64,000 bases of DNA. Origin: Syntrophales bacterium. Lineage in GTDB: Bacteria > Desulfobacterota > Syntrophia > Syntrophales > UBA2210. The position numbers and the translations under genes are program-made. The stretch is taken from assembly GCA_036825195.1 (NCBI GenBank), contig DAISYQ010000012.1, forward strand, positions 1,241-65,240, given 5' to 3'. Below, one piece after another: positions 46,254 to 56,250 of the stretch (positions are counted from its first letter, which is position 1; each line of letters opens with the position of its first letter). The notes under the pieces were generated by a model. That model worked only from the letters and a program-made list of their open reading frames with translations, ran no database searches and was not told where the DNA came from.

Positions 46254-48296
46254 CTATGGCTTGCGTTTTTTCTCGTACGTCTTGATCACGCCCTCTTCGA
46301 CCTTTTTGATCTGTTCCTGTTTTTCTTCGTATATCTCGCTGGCCTCTCTCGGATTTTCTACGATATGGGGGGTAATGAATATGAAGAGATTTCGCGTCTC
46401 ATGGGATACGCTCTCATATTTGAAAAGCCAGCCGAGGAAGGGGATATTCCCGAGGCAGGGGACCTTGTAGGCCGTATTGGTCACGTCGTCTCCTATGAGA
46501 CCGCCAATGACGATGGAGTTCTTGTCCTGTATCGTCACGACCGTTTTGGCAGTGCGTTTCAGCGTGGTAGGTCTCACCGTCTGCTGGCCCGCTTCCGTGA
46601 CGAGTTTCGTAACTTCCTGATAAATGTTGAGTCTGACGAAGCGGCCCTGGCTGATCTGAGGGGTGATTCTCAGGGTGACCCCCACGTCCTTGTATTCATA
46701 GCTGCTGTAATCGATATCGCTGGAGGATGTTTCCGCCCGTGTCTGATAGGGAACATTTTCCCCCACATATATTTCGGCCTCTTCGTTGTCCAGGGTGAGT
46801 ATCTGGGGCGTGGAGAGGATATGGACATCTTCATCTTTCTGATAGGCCTGCAGGATCGCACCCAGGTTGGGGAACGCGATGCCGCCGATGTTGATCGTCT
46901 CGCTGAATACGCCCAGCGAGAGTCCCTCCGGGAAGGTTGTTATTCCTGTGGTGGCATTAACCGTCGGCATGATATCCTTTCCCCGGAACCCGCCTCCGTA
47001 ATATTTATTGCTGCCGAATTCCTCCCCAGCCATCCATTCCACGCCGAGATTGAAGCCCTTGTCCACGTTGACTTCCATAATGAGCGCTTCGATATAGACC
47101 ATGGGGCGGGGGATATCGAGTTTCTTGATCACCCCCTCAAGGATAGCGTAGTCATCCCGTTCCGCCGTGATGATCAGCGTGTTGGTTGCTTTGTCCGGGA
47201 TGATATGTATGTCTTTCGACAGGAGCGGTGATTTGCCCTTTTGGGTGGTTTTGGTGTCTTGTTGTTGAGAGGGAAGGTTCATCAGAACAGCTGCAAGCTC
47301 TTCGGCATCGGCGTTCTCGAGGCGATAGACGTGCAGTCCTTCTTCTCCCTTGGGCACATCCTTGTCCAGAAGCTCCAGGAGCTGTCTGATGCGTGATGTG
47401 TCATTGTCGCTGGCCAGAGTTATGATGGTGTTGGTGCGTTTGTCGGCCACAATCTTGATGGTGGAAGTGGGCGTTCCTTTCTTTTGCCTGGTCTCCTGCT
47501 CGAATATTTGCGTCAGCGATTGGGCAATCTCCGTGGAAGACGCGCGTTCCAGTGGTATAACCGAGATCTGTTCTTCTATCCCCTCGGCGTCCAGGGCTTC
47601 TATGATCGTGATGAGCCTTTTGATGTTGGAGAGCAGATCCGTAACGACAAGCATACCCGTGGGGGGGTATGACAGCATGACGCTTGACTTTGATATCAGG
47701 GGGGCGAGCACCTTTTTCATCTCATCGGGATTGGCGTAATTCAGGGATATGATCTGGGTCACGATCCTGTCTTCGGGGGTTATTGCCCCGTCTTTGAGGC
47801 GCGTTTCCATATTCCTGGTCGCCGCGTCTCTGGAAGGCACGATCTTGATGATATTGTCCGACGAAACAGTACTGTACCCGTGCACATCAAGTACCGATTC
47901 GAATACCTTGTAGGCCTCCGGGATCGAAATTTTCTTCGGGGAGATAATGGTGACCGTTCCCTTGACTTCCCGGTCGATTACAAAATTGGTGCCGGTCAAT
48001 TCGCTGATGAACTTGATGAAAACCCGTATGTCCACATTGTCGAAATCTATGGTGACAAACTTGGATGAGTCATCCTGTTCTTGTGGTTTCGCGAGGGTTT
48101 CTTTCTTTGCAACCTCTCCATTGGGCGGAGCTTTGATGGAGGGTTTCTCTGCGGGAGTCGTTTTGGTGCCGGATGTGGTGACAAGTTTTTCCTCGCCTGT
48201 CACTTTTGCTCCCATAATGATCCCGGGTGCCGTGAATGACACGAGGCACAGAATAATGACGGATACCGATATGTATGTAATTATTGATCGTTTCAT
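46254..48296 (-). CDS. gspD: type II secretion system secretin GspD
   Basis: ATG 48296 gives a signal peptide MKRSIITYISVSVIILCLVSF. N-domains and a C-terminal secretin domain (VPCLGNIPFLGWLFK) are present. The ORF is open to 48398, which would overlap the TPR gene. Confidence 0.92.
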   Translation of the reverse strand: MKRSIITYISVSVIILCLVSFTAPGIIMGAKVTGEEKLVTTSGTKTTPAEKPSIKAPPNGEVAKKETLAKPQEQDDSSKFVTIDFDNVDIRVFIKFISELTGTNFVIDREVKGTVTIISPKKISIPEAYKVFESVLDVHGYSTVSSDNIIKIVPSRDAATRNMETRLKDGAITPEDRIVTQIISLNYANPDEMKKVLAPLISKSSVMLSYPPTGMLVVTDLLSNIKRLITIIEALDAEGIEEQISVIPLERASSTEIAQSLTQIFEQETRQKKGTPTSTIKIVADKRTNTIITLASDNDTSRIRQLLELLDKDVPKGEEGLHVYRLENADAEELAAVLMNLPSQQQDTKTTQKGKSPLLSKDIHIIPDKATNTLIITAERDDYAILEGVIKKLDIPRPMVYIEALIMEVNVDKGFNLGVEWMAGEEFGSNKYYGGGFRGKDIMPTVNATTGITTFPEGLSLGVFSETINIGGIAFPNLGAILQAYQKDEDVHILSTPQILTLDNEEAEIYVGENVPYQTRAETSSSDIDYSSYEYKDVGVTLRITPQISQGRFVRLNIYQEVTKLVTEAGQQTVRPTTLKRTAKTVVTIQDKNSIVIGGLIGDDVTNTAYKVPCLGNIPFLGWLFKYESVSHETRNLFIFITPHIVENPREASEIYEEKQEQIKKVEEGVIKTYEKKRKP

Positions 48297-48339
48297 CTCT
48301 GAACTGTCTCGTTTTCTGTAATTACTGCCTTCATCGTTG

Positions 48340-49107
48340 TCATTCAAATATGGTTTTAAACTCCTCCGTTTCGCGAACATTTTCCAGATCTTTATCATCT
48401 TTTACCCATTTTCTCACGTCATTATTTAGGCGCACGGCACGCTCCAGATACTCGAGGGAACGGGAGATATCCCCCTCCTGAGAATAGAGACACGCCAGAT
48501 TATAGAAGGGGTTGACATAGTCGTCCTTCAGCTCGATTGCCTTCCGGAACATCGCCTCGGCATTCTTGATTTGCCCCTGGCTCATATAGATAACCCCGAG
48601 ATTATTCAGAGAGAATACGTGTCCCGGATCGATATGCAGGAGGTTTTCGTATGTCTTACCGGCCATATCCAGGTTGCCTTTCCGCTGGTAGTTCAGGGCC
48701 GCTCGGTACAGGGTTTCCACGCGGACTGTCATGTCGGTGGATTTTTTCACGCCACCCGTATTCTCAGCCGTGGGGGGCGGGGGCATTGCCTGCTTGCCGG
48801 TTTCGGGACGCGAAACAGGTTTCGGGTTTGTGGCGATGACCGATTTCTGTTGTGGTGCCGGTACCTTTTCAACCACAGCTTCGCTACGTGGAACCGGACG
48901 GTCCTTCCCGTCCGGTGACCTGCCTCCGAACAGGAAAAAGACGACGAGGGCGAGTATTATCAATGCCACAACTACACCGATTGTCCATAAGGCCCGGGGG
49001 CGTTTATAACCGGTATAAGCTGCCGCCGGTGTCACACGGCTATAGCGTTGGTACAGGCTGTCTTTTTCTTTTTGAGCCTTTTTAAGGGCGTTTTCTATAT
49101 GACTCAT
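48340..49107 (-). CDS. TPR-repeat membrane-anchored protein (MshN/GspB-like accessory)
   Basis: 255-aa ORF with a cytoplasmic head, TM LWTIGVVVALIILALVVFFLF, a Pro-rich linker and C-terminal TPR repeats. The start abuts the exeA-like stop. Confidence 0.7.
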   Translation of the reverse strand: MSHIENALKKAQKEKDSLYQRYSRVTPAAAYTGYKRPRALWTIGVVVALIILALVVFFLFGGRSPDGKDRPVPRSEAVVEKVPAPQQKSVIATNPKPVSRPETGKQAMPPPPTAENTGGVKKSTDMTVRVETLYRAALNYQRKGNLDMAGKTYENLLHIDPGHVFSLNNLGVIYMSQGQIKNAEAMFRKAIELKDDYVNPFYNLACLYSQEGDISRSLEYLERAVRLNNDVRKWVKDDKDLENVRETEEFKTIFE

Positions 49108-50070
49108 CTATTTCACTGAAAAAATCGTGTTCGAAAAAAAATGAAAAACCGTCTCTCTGTTAACCGTCACAACGACCAGGAAAAGGATGATAATCAGTAC
49201 AGCGAAGATCAGCAGTTGTCTCTTTCTTGTCCTTGTGTTTACCCTATCCGTCAGGTACCCGCTGCCGATATCGGAAGCGGCCTCCCTGATGAGATTTCTG
49301 CTGATGACGTTTGAATCCCTGGTGTACGCAATGAGCAGGGCCCTGTCACAGATGACATTGATGCGCCTGGGGATGCCCCTGGAATAATGGTGAATCGTTC
49401 TGAAGGCCTGGCTGGAAAACAGGGGGCCTCCGTTGTTGCCCCCGCTTACGGAGAGTCTGTGTCGTATGTAGTCCTCTTCCTGGGCGCGGTTGAAGGGAAG
49501 CAGGGCATACCGGACCGAAATCCTTTCGTTCAGCTGTTTCAGAGATGGAGATATGAGAAGTTCCTCCAGTTCCGGCTGCCCGATGAGCACTATCTGCAGC
49601 AGCTTTTCCCGTTCGGTCTCGAGGTTGGACAGCATCCGGATCTGCTCCAGCACCCCACGGGAGAGGTTTTGAGCCTCGTCGATCAGTAAGACCGCGTTTC
49701 TCCCCGCGGAGAAGTTCTTCAGCAGGAATGTGTTTAGTGCGTCGATATACCGCTTTTTGGTCTTTCTCCCCCGTCCCGATTTGACTCCGAATTCCTGATT
49801 GATCGTCGCCAGAAGTTCCATTTCCGAGAGCGAGGGGTTGAATATGAGGGCGCTGTCAACCGATTCGTCGAGGATGGAAAGCAGGTGTCTGCAGATGGTG
49901 GTCTTTCCCGTCCCGATCCCCCCCGTAACGACGATGAATCCTTTTTTCTCATTGATGCCGTAGATCAGGTGGTTTAACGCCTCGCTGTGTTGCGGACTGA
50001 GGTACAGGTACCGGGTATCCGGTGTCATATTGAATGGATTTTCTTGTAAGCCGAAATATGATGTGTACAT
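49108..50070 (-). CDS. ExeA/GspA/MshM-family AAA ATPase
   Basis: 320-aa ORF with FGLQENPFNMTPDTRYLY, Walker A GGIGTGKTT, Walker B LLIDEAQNL, and a C-terminal TM. Confidence 0.85.
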   Translation of the reverse strand: MYTSYFGLQENPFNMTPDTRYLYLSPQHSEALNHLIYGINEKKGFIVVTGGIGTGKTTICRHLLSILDESVDSALIFNPSLSEMELLATINQEFGVKSGRGRKTKKRYIDALNTFLLKNFSAGRNAVLLIDEAQNLSRGVLEQIRMLSNLETEREKLLQIVLIGQPELEELLISPSLKQLNERISVRYALLPFNRAQEEDYIRHRLSVSGGNNGGPLFSSQAFRTIHHYSRGIPRRINVICDRALLIAYTRDSNVISRNLIREAASDIGSGYLTDRVNTRTRKRQLLIFAVLIIILFLVVVTVNRETVFHFFSNTIFSVK

Positions 50071-50119
50071 GGTACAATGAAAGACCCTGTGCCCTTCGGA
50101 TCCTTATCTCCTCCTGGTG

Positions 50120-50956
50120 CTATTCAAAGACATATTCCAGATCCTGTTTCATTCCCCTTCGTTCGATGTTAAGGCTTACGGAGGAACCGGATTTCAGCCC
50201 GTTGTACAGCTCCATCATCTCCTCGGGGCTCTTGATGGGTTGATCGTTGACGTTCTGTATGACGTCCCCGTTCTGCATGCCCATCTTCTCGAAGATGCTC
50301 CCCTTCTTTATCCTGCTTATGATGAAGCCGTTCGATTTTCCGCCTGAAAAGTACGGTCGTATCCTGGCTTGTGTAAGAATCTTACTGATATCCTGCAGGG
50401 CTTCATCTATCTCGTCCTTTCTCACGGTGATGGAACTCTTGTTTTCCGGTGCTGTCCGTTTGGTTATTCCCGTTTCTTTGTCGGGTTTTGCTTCCATAAT
50501 CAGTATCTCGTCTCTGCCATCCACACGCAGGACAACCATGCCGCGCATGATCTTCACGATCGTGGCGGAGGCGACGGTATCGCCCGTCCTGAAGAGTCCC
50601 TGCTCTTTCTTGTCCCTTTCCTCGATAACCGCATAGTCGAAATCCTTATCGCCTGCCACCGTTCCGAGGAGAGCCAGATTGAGTGTGGTGGGTTTCAGGT
50701 CTTCTATGTCGATTTGCCCTTTCGGGATGACTTTGCCGGTCGTGCCGAAGATATTCCTCTCTGCAATCGAGCCGTAGTAATTGAGGGGCAGTTTCTTGGT
50801 GGTCTTGTGAGAAAGGGTTTTCTCTACCGGTATCCCGCTCGCACGGATTCTGACGAGATGGGCGGACATGGCTCGATAGAATATGTCGACGGACAGGTAT
50901 GCCAGGATGGTTATTGCCAGCAGAATAGTGAGTGTTCGATAGGTGGTTTTCATCAT
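50120..50956 (-). CDS. gspC: type II secretion system protein GspC (PDZ-containing)
   Basis: 278-aa ORF with an N-terminal TM anchor, an HR-like region and a C-terminal PDZ (GFIISRIKKGSIFEKMGMQNGDVIQNVN). Confidence 0.7.
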   Translation of the reverse strand: MMKTTYRTLTILLAITILAYLSVDIFYRAMSAHLVRIRASGIPVEKTLSHKTTKKLPLNYYGSIAERNIFGTTGKVIPKGQIDIEDLKPTTLNLALLGTVAGDKDFDYAVIEERDKKEQGLFRTGDTVASATIVKIMRGMVVLRVDGRDEILIMEAKPDKETGITKRTAPENKSSITVRKDEIDEALQDISKILTQARIRPYFSGGKSNGFIISRIKKGSIFEKMGMQNGDVIQNVNDQPIKSPEEMMELYNGLKSGSSVSLNIERRGMKQDLEYVFE

Positions 50957-50958
50957 TC

Positions 50959-51777
50959 CTACCTGATCTTGTGTCTCGGATTGGCAAGGGTTCCGCTCAG
51001 CACAACGGAAATATTCTTGTTAAAGGCGGGCACGTTTGCACGGCCTTTTATCGCTATCCTGCTGTTGAGAATATTATTGTTGAGCGCTATGTTTCCGTTA
51101 AAGGACCCATTCAACTGCTCTCCCGATATGTCTGCCTCATCTATCGTGAGAACTCGATCTTTCAGGGCGATATTGGTTTCAATGACGTCAAAATTCAGTT
51201 TGCCGAGTCCCAACAAGGCTTTGAGCAGTTCCAGTTCTCCATTGCGGAGTTTTAAGTCGGCGGTTCCCTTTCCGTTGATCATGTCCCCTGTCTTGCCGCT
51301 GAATTCCACAGAGCCGGTAAGTCTCCCGGTTATATGACGGTTCAGGGCGGTCTTCAGATAGGAACATTGCCCTATAGCGATGTTGTTCAGTCTGATCTGT
51401 GACTGTACCGGTCCACTGGTTGAAAAGCGATCTGCGAAGAGAATATCGGCAAGCACATCACCACCATAGGCATGTGCCTGCAAAGACACGGAGATGTTCC
51501 CCTGCAGGAGTTTGCCGAACAGCAACCGTGCCTTCACGTGATCTATCTTAACGTTTGTTCCGGGATCGTCCTTGCGGCCGAATACCAGGTTATCTCCCGT
51601 CATGGCCAGTGGGAAGGCAAGCGAGGCGGAATCCAATGACACGGATATATCGGGATTGTTCTTCGAGACGGCCGACTCGATGAACGTTCGTACACAGGTA
51701 TCGGGAAAACAGCAGTACAGAAAGACTACCGTTATCAGAATGGCGTATAGTATATATCCCGCAACTTTCTTTTTCAT
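50959..51777 (-). CDS. gspN: type II secretion system protein GspN
   Basis: 272-aa ORF with an N-terminal TM and a beta-rich periplasmic body. Position next to gspM/gspC supports the call, which rests mainly on size and synteny. Confidence 0.55.
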   Translation of the reverse strand: MKKKVAGYILYAILITVVFLYCCFPDTCVRTFIESAVSKNNPDISVSLDSASLAFPLAMTGDNLVFGRKDDPGTNVKIDHVKARLLFGKLLQGNISVSLQAHAYGGDVLADILFADRFSTSGPVQSQIRLNNIAIGQCSYLKTALNRHITGRLTGSVEFSGKTGDMINGKGTADLKLRNGELELLKALLGLGKLNFDVIETNIALKDRVLTIDEADISGEQLNGSFNGNIALNNNILNSRIAIKGRANVPAFNKNISVVLSGTLANPRHKIR

Positions 51778-51797
51778 GGCCTCACATCGTCCGCTCG

Positions 51798-52340
51798 CTA
51801 TAGGTATGTCATCAGGTGAATCAGTACGGTCAGGTATTCAGGGCTGTTCTTGCTCTGCTTGACCGATATTCTTTTTACCCGTACCAGGTTTTCCGGTGAT
51901 TCAACGAGATACAGGTATTCGACGAGCTGTTGCAGCGTTATGTTTTCGAGGTTCATCTCTACGGATGATTCCTTGTAGGGATCGGCTTCTGTAGAGATGG
52001 AAGGCTTCATATATTTTATGTTTGCTTTAATAGCCGCTTTTCCCGCCTGTTCTTCGAGGAAAGAGAAAAGGGTAAATCCTTTCGGTCTCCGGGCGAGGGT
52101 GACACCGATATCGCCGGAATCGGCGCTCAGGGTACGGTATTCCGAACTGAGGGCGACGATTTCCTCCAGTGCCTTTTCGTTGACCTTTATGGAGTGTCTG
52201 ACTCTTTCCCGCGCGTCCACAAAGGGGAGGATGACAAACTGGCCGACAAGAAATACAATTACAAGGAACGCCCCCAGGGAAACATAGAGCTTCTCTCTCT
52301 TTGTCAGTTTTGGTTTCACCAAAAAATTCATCGTCATCAC
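51798..52340 (-). CDS. gspM: type II secretion system protein GspM
   Basis: 180-aa bitopic protein (TM YVSLGAFLVIVFLVGQFVILPF) overlapping the gspL stop. The call rests on size, topology and synteny. Confidence 0.55.
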   Translation of the reverse strand: MMTMNFLVKPKLTKREKLYVSLGAFLVIVFLVGQFVILPFVDARERVRHSIKVNEKALEEIVALSSEYRTLSADSGDIGVTLARRPKGFTLFSFLEEQAGKAAIKANIKYMKPSISTEADPYKESSVEMNLENITLQQLVEYLYLVESPENLVRVKRISVKQSKNSPEYLTVLIHLMTYL

Positions 52341-53860
52341 AGGTCCATTTTCATGTCCAATTCGACCCTGTTTTCCTTCTTTATAAGGCTTGCAGAGCTG
52401 ATCTTGACATTCTTAAGGATGTTCGATTTGTCAAGGGCCTTCTTTATGGCATCCACCGTGTTGAAATTATCGGTCTGGCCCTTGATCGTTACGGTGTTCC
52501 CGTCATACTGGAAACTCGTTATGAGAAAATCCACGGACGTTGGAATAAGCCGCGATATATCGTCCAGTATGGCCAGTACTCCTGTACCCATACTGTTTTT
52601 TGTCCCTGTGAACGGATTGCGCAGTTGTTCGACCTTGACCCTCGCCTGTTGAACGGGATCGACTATCCGGGTCACTTCCGGCCATGTGTCGCGAAAGACG
52701 CCGGTAATCTCCTTTTTCAGGTCTTTCAGGTATACTGTGTCGTAGTGGTAATCGAGAGAGAGATCGATACCGAAGAGACAGAGAATAAAAAAGAAGAGGA
52801 GTGCTATCCAGCGGAAACTTTTCTTGAATTCATCATACTTTCTTTTCGGTCTGAAATCGCCACGGCTGAAGTTAAATCCGTCCGTGTCCCGTACATTCCT
52901 GGTTGCGAGTGCAAGGGCCTGATTCATAAATGCAGGATCCCAGCTCTTTGCGGTTTTTCTCTCCATATGAATGGATTCGGTCGCCGATAGATCGGCCACG
53001 GCTACCGGAATGGAGAAGAACCGTTCCATCTCCTCCCTCAGCAGGGGCGAGTGCGACCCTCCGCCGGTTAGAAATATTGTTGAGGGCATCGAATCGATTG
53101 CGCCGTTGAGCATAAGAAAGTTCAGGGTATTCTCAACGTCTGAGAAGAAGCGGGTATATACCGTGCCGATATCCTCCCTCGCACCTTCGACCCTTCCCGT
53201 CTTTTTTCTCTCTTCCGCAAGGTTCCGGTCGCAACCGAAGGTTCGGGCTATCCGGTCGGATATGTCATCCCCTCCGAATCGAAAGTGTCGTATCTGGATG
53301 ATTTTGGTCCCTGTAAAAAGGACGCCCGCCGTTTCACTCTTGCCTATGTCCAGCAGCAGACCGTATTCGTCGGAATCGCAGTCGGCCGCGAGTTTCAGGG
53401 CTACGGGAACGGAGCCGATATCTATGATCGATGTCTCCACATGGTGCATTGCAAGGAGGCGGACGAGGTCGCCTACGGCGGATTTCAGGGTCGATGCCAC
53501 CAGCGCCTCCGGCTGTTCCGAGGGAACCGTTATCACGTAGTCGATCAGGACGTCGTCGAAGGGGTATGGGATAAGCGGTTCAATCTCGTAGGGAAGGATC
53601 TGGCCGATCTTTTTCCTGTTCTTGAAGGGGAGTTTGATATTTCGGAAGGAGAACCGGCTGACCGGCAGAGATGTGATGCATATGTTACTTCTGATGGTGC
53701 CGTTCTCAAACAGCTTCTCTATTGCCCTGTCGAGACCGCCCGCTTCTTCGATATCGATCATCGTCGAGTCGATAACATGGTATTCCCTGAGACCGGCGGT
53801 AACCTGAACCGCTTTTATGCTGTCTTCACCTATGTCGAGGCCAAGGATCTTTTCCGGCAT
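52337..53860 (-). CDS. gspL: type II secretion system protein GspL (PilM-like actin-fold N-domain, TM, PilN-like periplasmic domain)
   Basis: 507-aa ORF with N-terminus ILGLDIGEDSIKAVQV, a mid-protein TM WIALLFFFILCLFGIDL, and a periplasmic ferredoxin-like tail. Confidence 0.7.
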   Translation of the reverse strand: MPEKILGLDIGEDSIKAVQVTAGLREYHVIDSTMIDIEEAGGLDRAIEKLFENGTIRSNICITSLPVSRFSFRNIKLPFKNRKKIGQILPYEIEPLIPYPFDDVLIDYVITVPSEQPEALVASTLKSAVGDLVRLLAMHHVETSIIDIGSVPVALKLAADCDSDEYGLLLDIGKSETAGVLFTGTKIIQIRHFRFGGDDISDRIARTFGCDRNLAEERKKTGRVEGAREDIGTVYTRFFSDVENTLNFLMLNGAIDSMPSTIFLTGGGSHSPLLREEMERFFSIPVAVADLSATESIHMERKTAKSWDPAFMNQALALATRNVRDTDGFNFSRGDFRPKRKYDEFKKSFRWIALLFFFILCLFGIDLSLDYHYDTVYLKDLKKEITGVFRDTWPEVTRIVDPVQQARVKVEQLRNPFTGTKNSMGTGVLAILDDISRLIPTSVDFLITSFQYDGNTVTIKGQTDNFNTVDAIKKALDKSNILKNVKISSASLIKKENRVELDMKMDL

Positions 53861-54834
53861 CAGTCAACTTCCCAGGATAGTATCTGTACGGTCTTCTTTC
53901 CGCTGTCTCTCTCGACGACGCTGCTGATTTTCCTGCTCATGGAGTTCAGGATCCCTGTAGATGTTATACTAAAGATGTTGCTCTTCACGGATATCAGTGA
54001 CGGTGATATGGTGATTCCGTCCATGCCCGGCACCCCCCTATACCATGATGAATCGGACAGGGTGTTCAGTTTGTCTTTTCTGAACTCCTCCATATTCGAA
54101 ACCATTTCCTCGGTGATGTCGTCTGCCAGTGCCATCAGCACCACTCCGGGAGCCGTATTTATATTGATCGTACCCGTTCCGTACACGGTGAGATATTTCC
54201 TGATGCCGGGGCTTTCTTCGGTTCCGTAGTACAGTTCTTTCGTAACGCCCTTTATCATAAGCAGTTCATCGATACTGTCGAGAGGTCCGTTCTTACATGC
54301 ATAGGGCTTACTCAGATTTCCATAATACGAATTTTCTGCGCCGAAGCCGGTTATTTCTCCATCCTCATCAATCCAGTCCTTCATCGCGTCGATGATATCT
54401 CCGGCCTGATGTTCATCGAGGCTGAATGCAGGGAGGGTCAGAAATCGTATAAGCACGTCTTCGATCTCGCTGTTGTATTCACCGTCCTTGACCAGGTGAT
54501 TGATCGGTATCTTACCAGATTCATCCGTAATATTCAGCATGAAATGTCCTTCGTCAAAGAAAGCGGATGATCCCGCGGAGATGAGTTCCAGGTTTGCCCA
54601 GTCTTCGTTGAGAGAATCGAAATCGTTTGAATCTTCTATCAGGAACGCTTCCGCCCCGTACAAACCGGACTTTGCGATATACAGAAGCTTGATCCCGTCT
54701 CGCAGATTTGCCGCCTCGTACACCTCGGATCTCGATGACAGGTTGAGCTGCAGCGTGAGGGCAATGATGACGGCTATCATCAGGATTACCAGGATTAATG
54801 CCACACCGCGATTGTTTGACAGGACCTTTCTCAT
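53860..54834 (-). CDS. gspK: type II secretion system minor pseudopilin GspK
   Basis: 324-aa ORF with N-terminus NNRGVALILVILMIAVIIALTL and no conserved Glu5, as in GspK. Confidence 0.8.
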   Translation of the reverse strand: MRKVLSNNRGVALILVILMIAVIIALTLQLNLSSRSEVYEAANLRDGIKLLYIAKSGLYGAEAFLIEDSNDFDSLNEDWANLELISAGSSAFFDEGHFMLNITDESGKIPINHLVKDGEYNSEIEDVLIRFLTLPAFSLDEHQAGDIIDAMKDWIDEDGEITGFGAENSYYGNLSKPYACKNGPLDSIDELLMIKGVTKELYYGTEESPGIRKYLTVYGTGTININTAPGVVLMALADDITEEMVSNMEEFRKDKLNTLSDSSWYRGVPGMDGITISPSLISVKSNIFSITSTGILNSMSRKISSVVERDSGKKTVQILSWEVD

Positions 54835-55484
54835 GGTTTTTCCACCATTGGCAGGAACACCTTCGTCATGAACCGGTACGGATTCTCAGCGTCATCGGGA
54901 TTCGTAAACTCCAGATGTATCGCGATTATCGAGGGAATTTTGTTCTTGTGCGGTTCGAGCCCGGAATGCCATGAGTCATACTCTTCTCCCTTTGTGTCGT
55001 AGAAGGTATACGTTACGGAACGCAACCCTTCGCACAGGATAAATCCCTCACCCCTGAAAAGAGTATCTTCATTCTCGGCACTATCTTTAAAGACCGTGTC
55101 TTCTCTCATCAGGGTAGGACCTTCTTCACCTTCCTCCTCGATATAGTAGCCGATCTGCGCAATACCCGTAACATCTCCGTACTCGGGGTCCAGATGGGCC
55201 GATGAAAAAAAGGAAAGGTTCATAAATCGGTTGTCCGCTATTTCGAACTCTTCCGAGATAAACCTGAACGAATCATCGTACCTGCAGACGGATTCCAGAT
55301 CGATTATCATACGTGCCATAGTACTGCGGGCCGAGCGATAGACGGTATTGCCGGATTGTGTGTCCTCAACAATCCCGAACGTTCCCATATAAGCGGCATA
55401 TACGGTACCCATCACGATCGTCAGGATCGCTATGGCGATAAGTATTTCAACAAGGGTGAAGCCGCTTTTTTTAACCGCAATCAT
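54831..55484 (-). CDS. gspJ: type II secretion system minor pseudopilin GspJ
   Basis: 217-aa ORF with prepilin N-terminus KSGFTLVEILIAIAIL. Confidence 0.7.
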   Translation of the reverse strand: MIAVKKSGFTLVEILIAIAILTIVMGTVYAAYMGTFGIVEDTQSGNTVYRSARSTMARMIIDLESVCRYDDSFRFISEEFEIADNRFMNLSFFSSAHLDPEYGDVTGIAQIGYYIEEEGEEGPTLMREDTVFKDSAENEDTLFRGEGFILCEGLRSVTYTFYDTKGEEYDSWHSGLEPHKNKIPSIIAIHLEFTNPDDAENPYRFMTKVFLPMVEKP

Positions 55485-55565
55485 AACGGTTCCTCGGTGT
55501 GTCCGGGTATCTGCGTAAATGGTTTGTTACCGCCTATCTCGCATGAGAATCCAATAGGCGATACA

Positions 55566-55955
55566 TCACCGGTACAGGACGAGCCGGTAGGCGTTATTCA
55601 CTAACAGCCGGCTGTTTGTTACCGTCAGTTCAATCTTTTTCAGGTTTTCAATCTCCGTTTCGAATACAGCCAGGTTCCATCGATAATCGGGAAAATCATC
55701 ACCGAAATCGCCTTCTCCGGAATGTATGTCTCCCGGCGACATCGCTTCGATGTGTGCCATCCGGGATTGGGCCAGAAGGGGAGCCGTTGTTTCAAACCGC
55801 GACCTGCCGGTCATGGATATACTCTGTGACTGTGATTGAAAAACCGCTGTGAGGGAGATTGCGAGAATGGCCATGGCCAGCATGACTTCAAGGAGCGTAA
55901 ATCCCCCGGAACCATATCTGCGTGAACGCTGCGTCATCTGTGTCCAGCTGCCCAT
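55566..55955 (-). CDS. gspI: type II secretion system minor pseudopilin GspI
   Basis: Prepilin motif GGFTLLEVMLAMAILAI. Small size. An alternative ATG lies at 55937. Confidence 0.7.
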   Translation of the reverse strand: MGSWTQMTQRSRRYGSGGFTLLEVMLAMAILAISLTAVFQSQSQSISMTGRSRFETTAPLLAQSRMAHIEAMSPGDIHSGEGDFGDDFPDYRWNLAVFETEIENLKKIELTVTNSRLLVNNAYRLVLYR

Positions 55956-56250
55956 ATCTCATCCTTACAATGCTCAACACCGTGTATTTTAAAAATTTCT
56001 ATCATAGGGTTCCGGATTTTTCAATACGGCCATTTATCTGTTGACAAGCACATTCGTTCAGGTATTATGCAATGATAATCACGATGTTTGCATAAAGAAA
56101 CAGTTCTAAAGCCACCGGAAGTGAATCATAGCGATATTGTAGAGAATGAACGAAATGTCCGGATACATTCTCTCAGAGCCCACCCTTTCAGGCTCCGGTG
56201 ACTGTGTCTGGGGATCAGAATGTTTCTCCATATAGGTGTTATACGATGCC

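Noticed and set aside
46206-54229. Plus-strand ORFs of 200-340 aa (46206-47231, 50369-51337, 52301-52990, 53285-54229) within the gsp cluster
   Set aside because: They are antisense to gspD, gspC/N and gspL. Their translations lack any recognisable motif or coherent hydrophobicity pattern.
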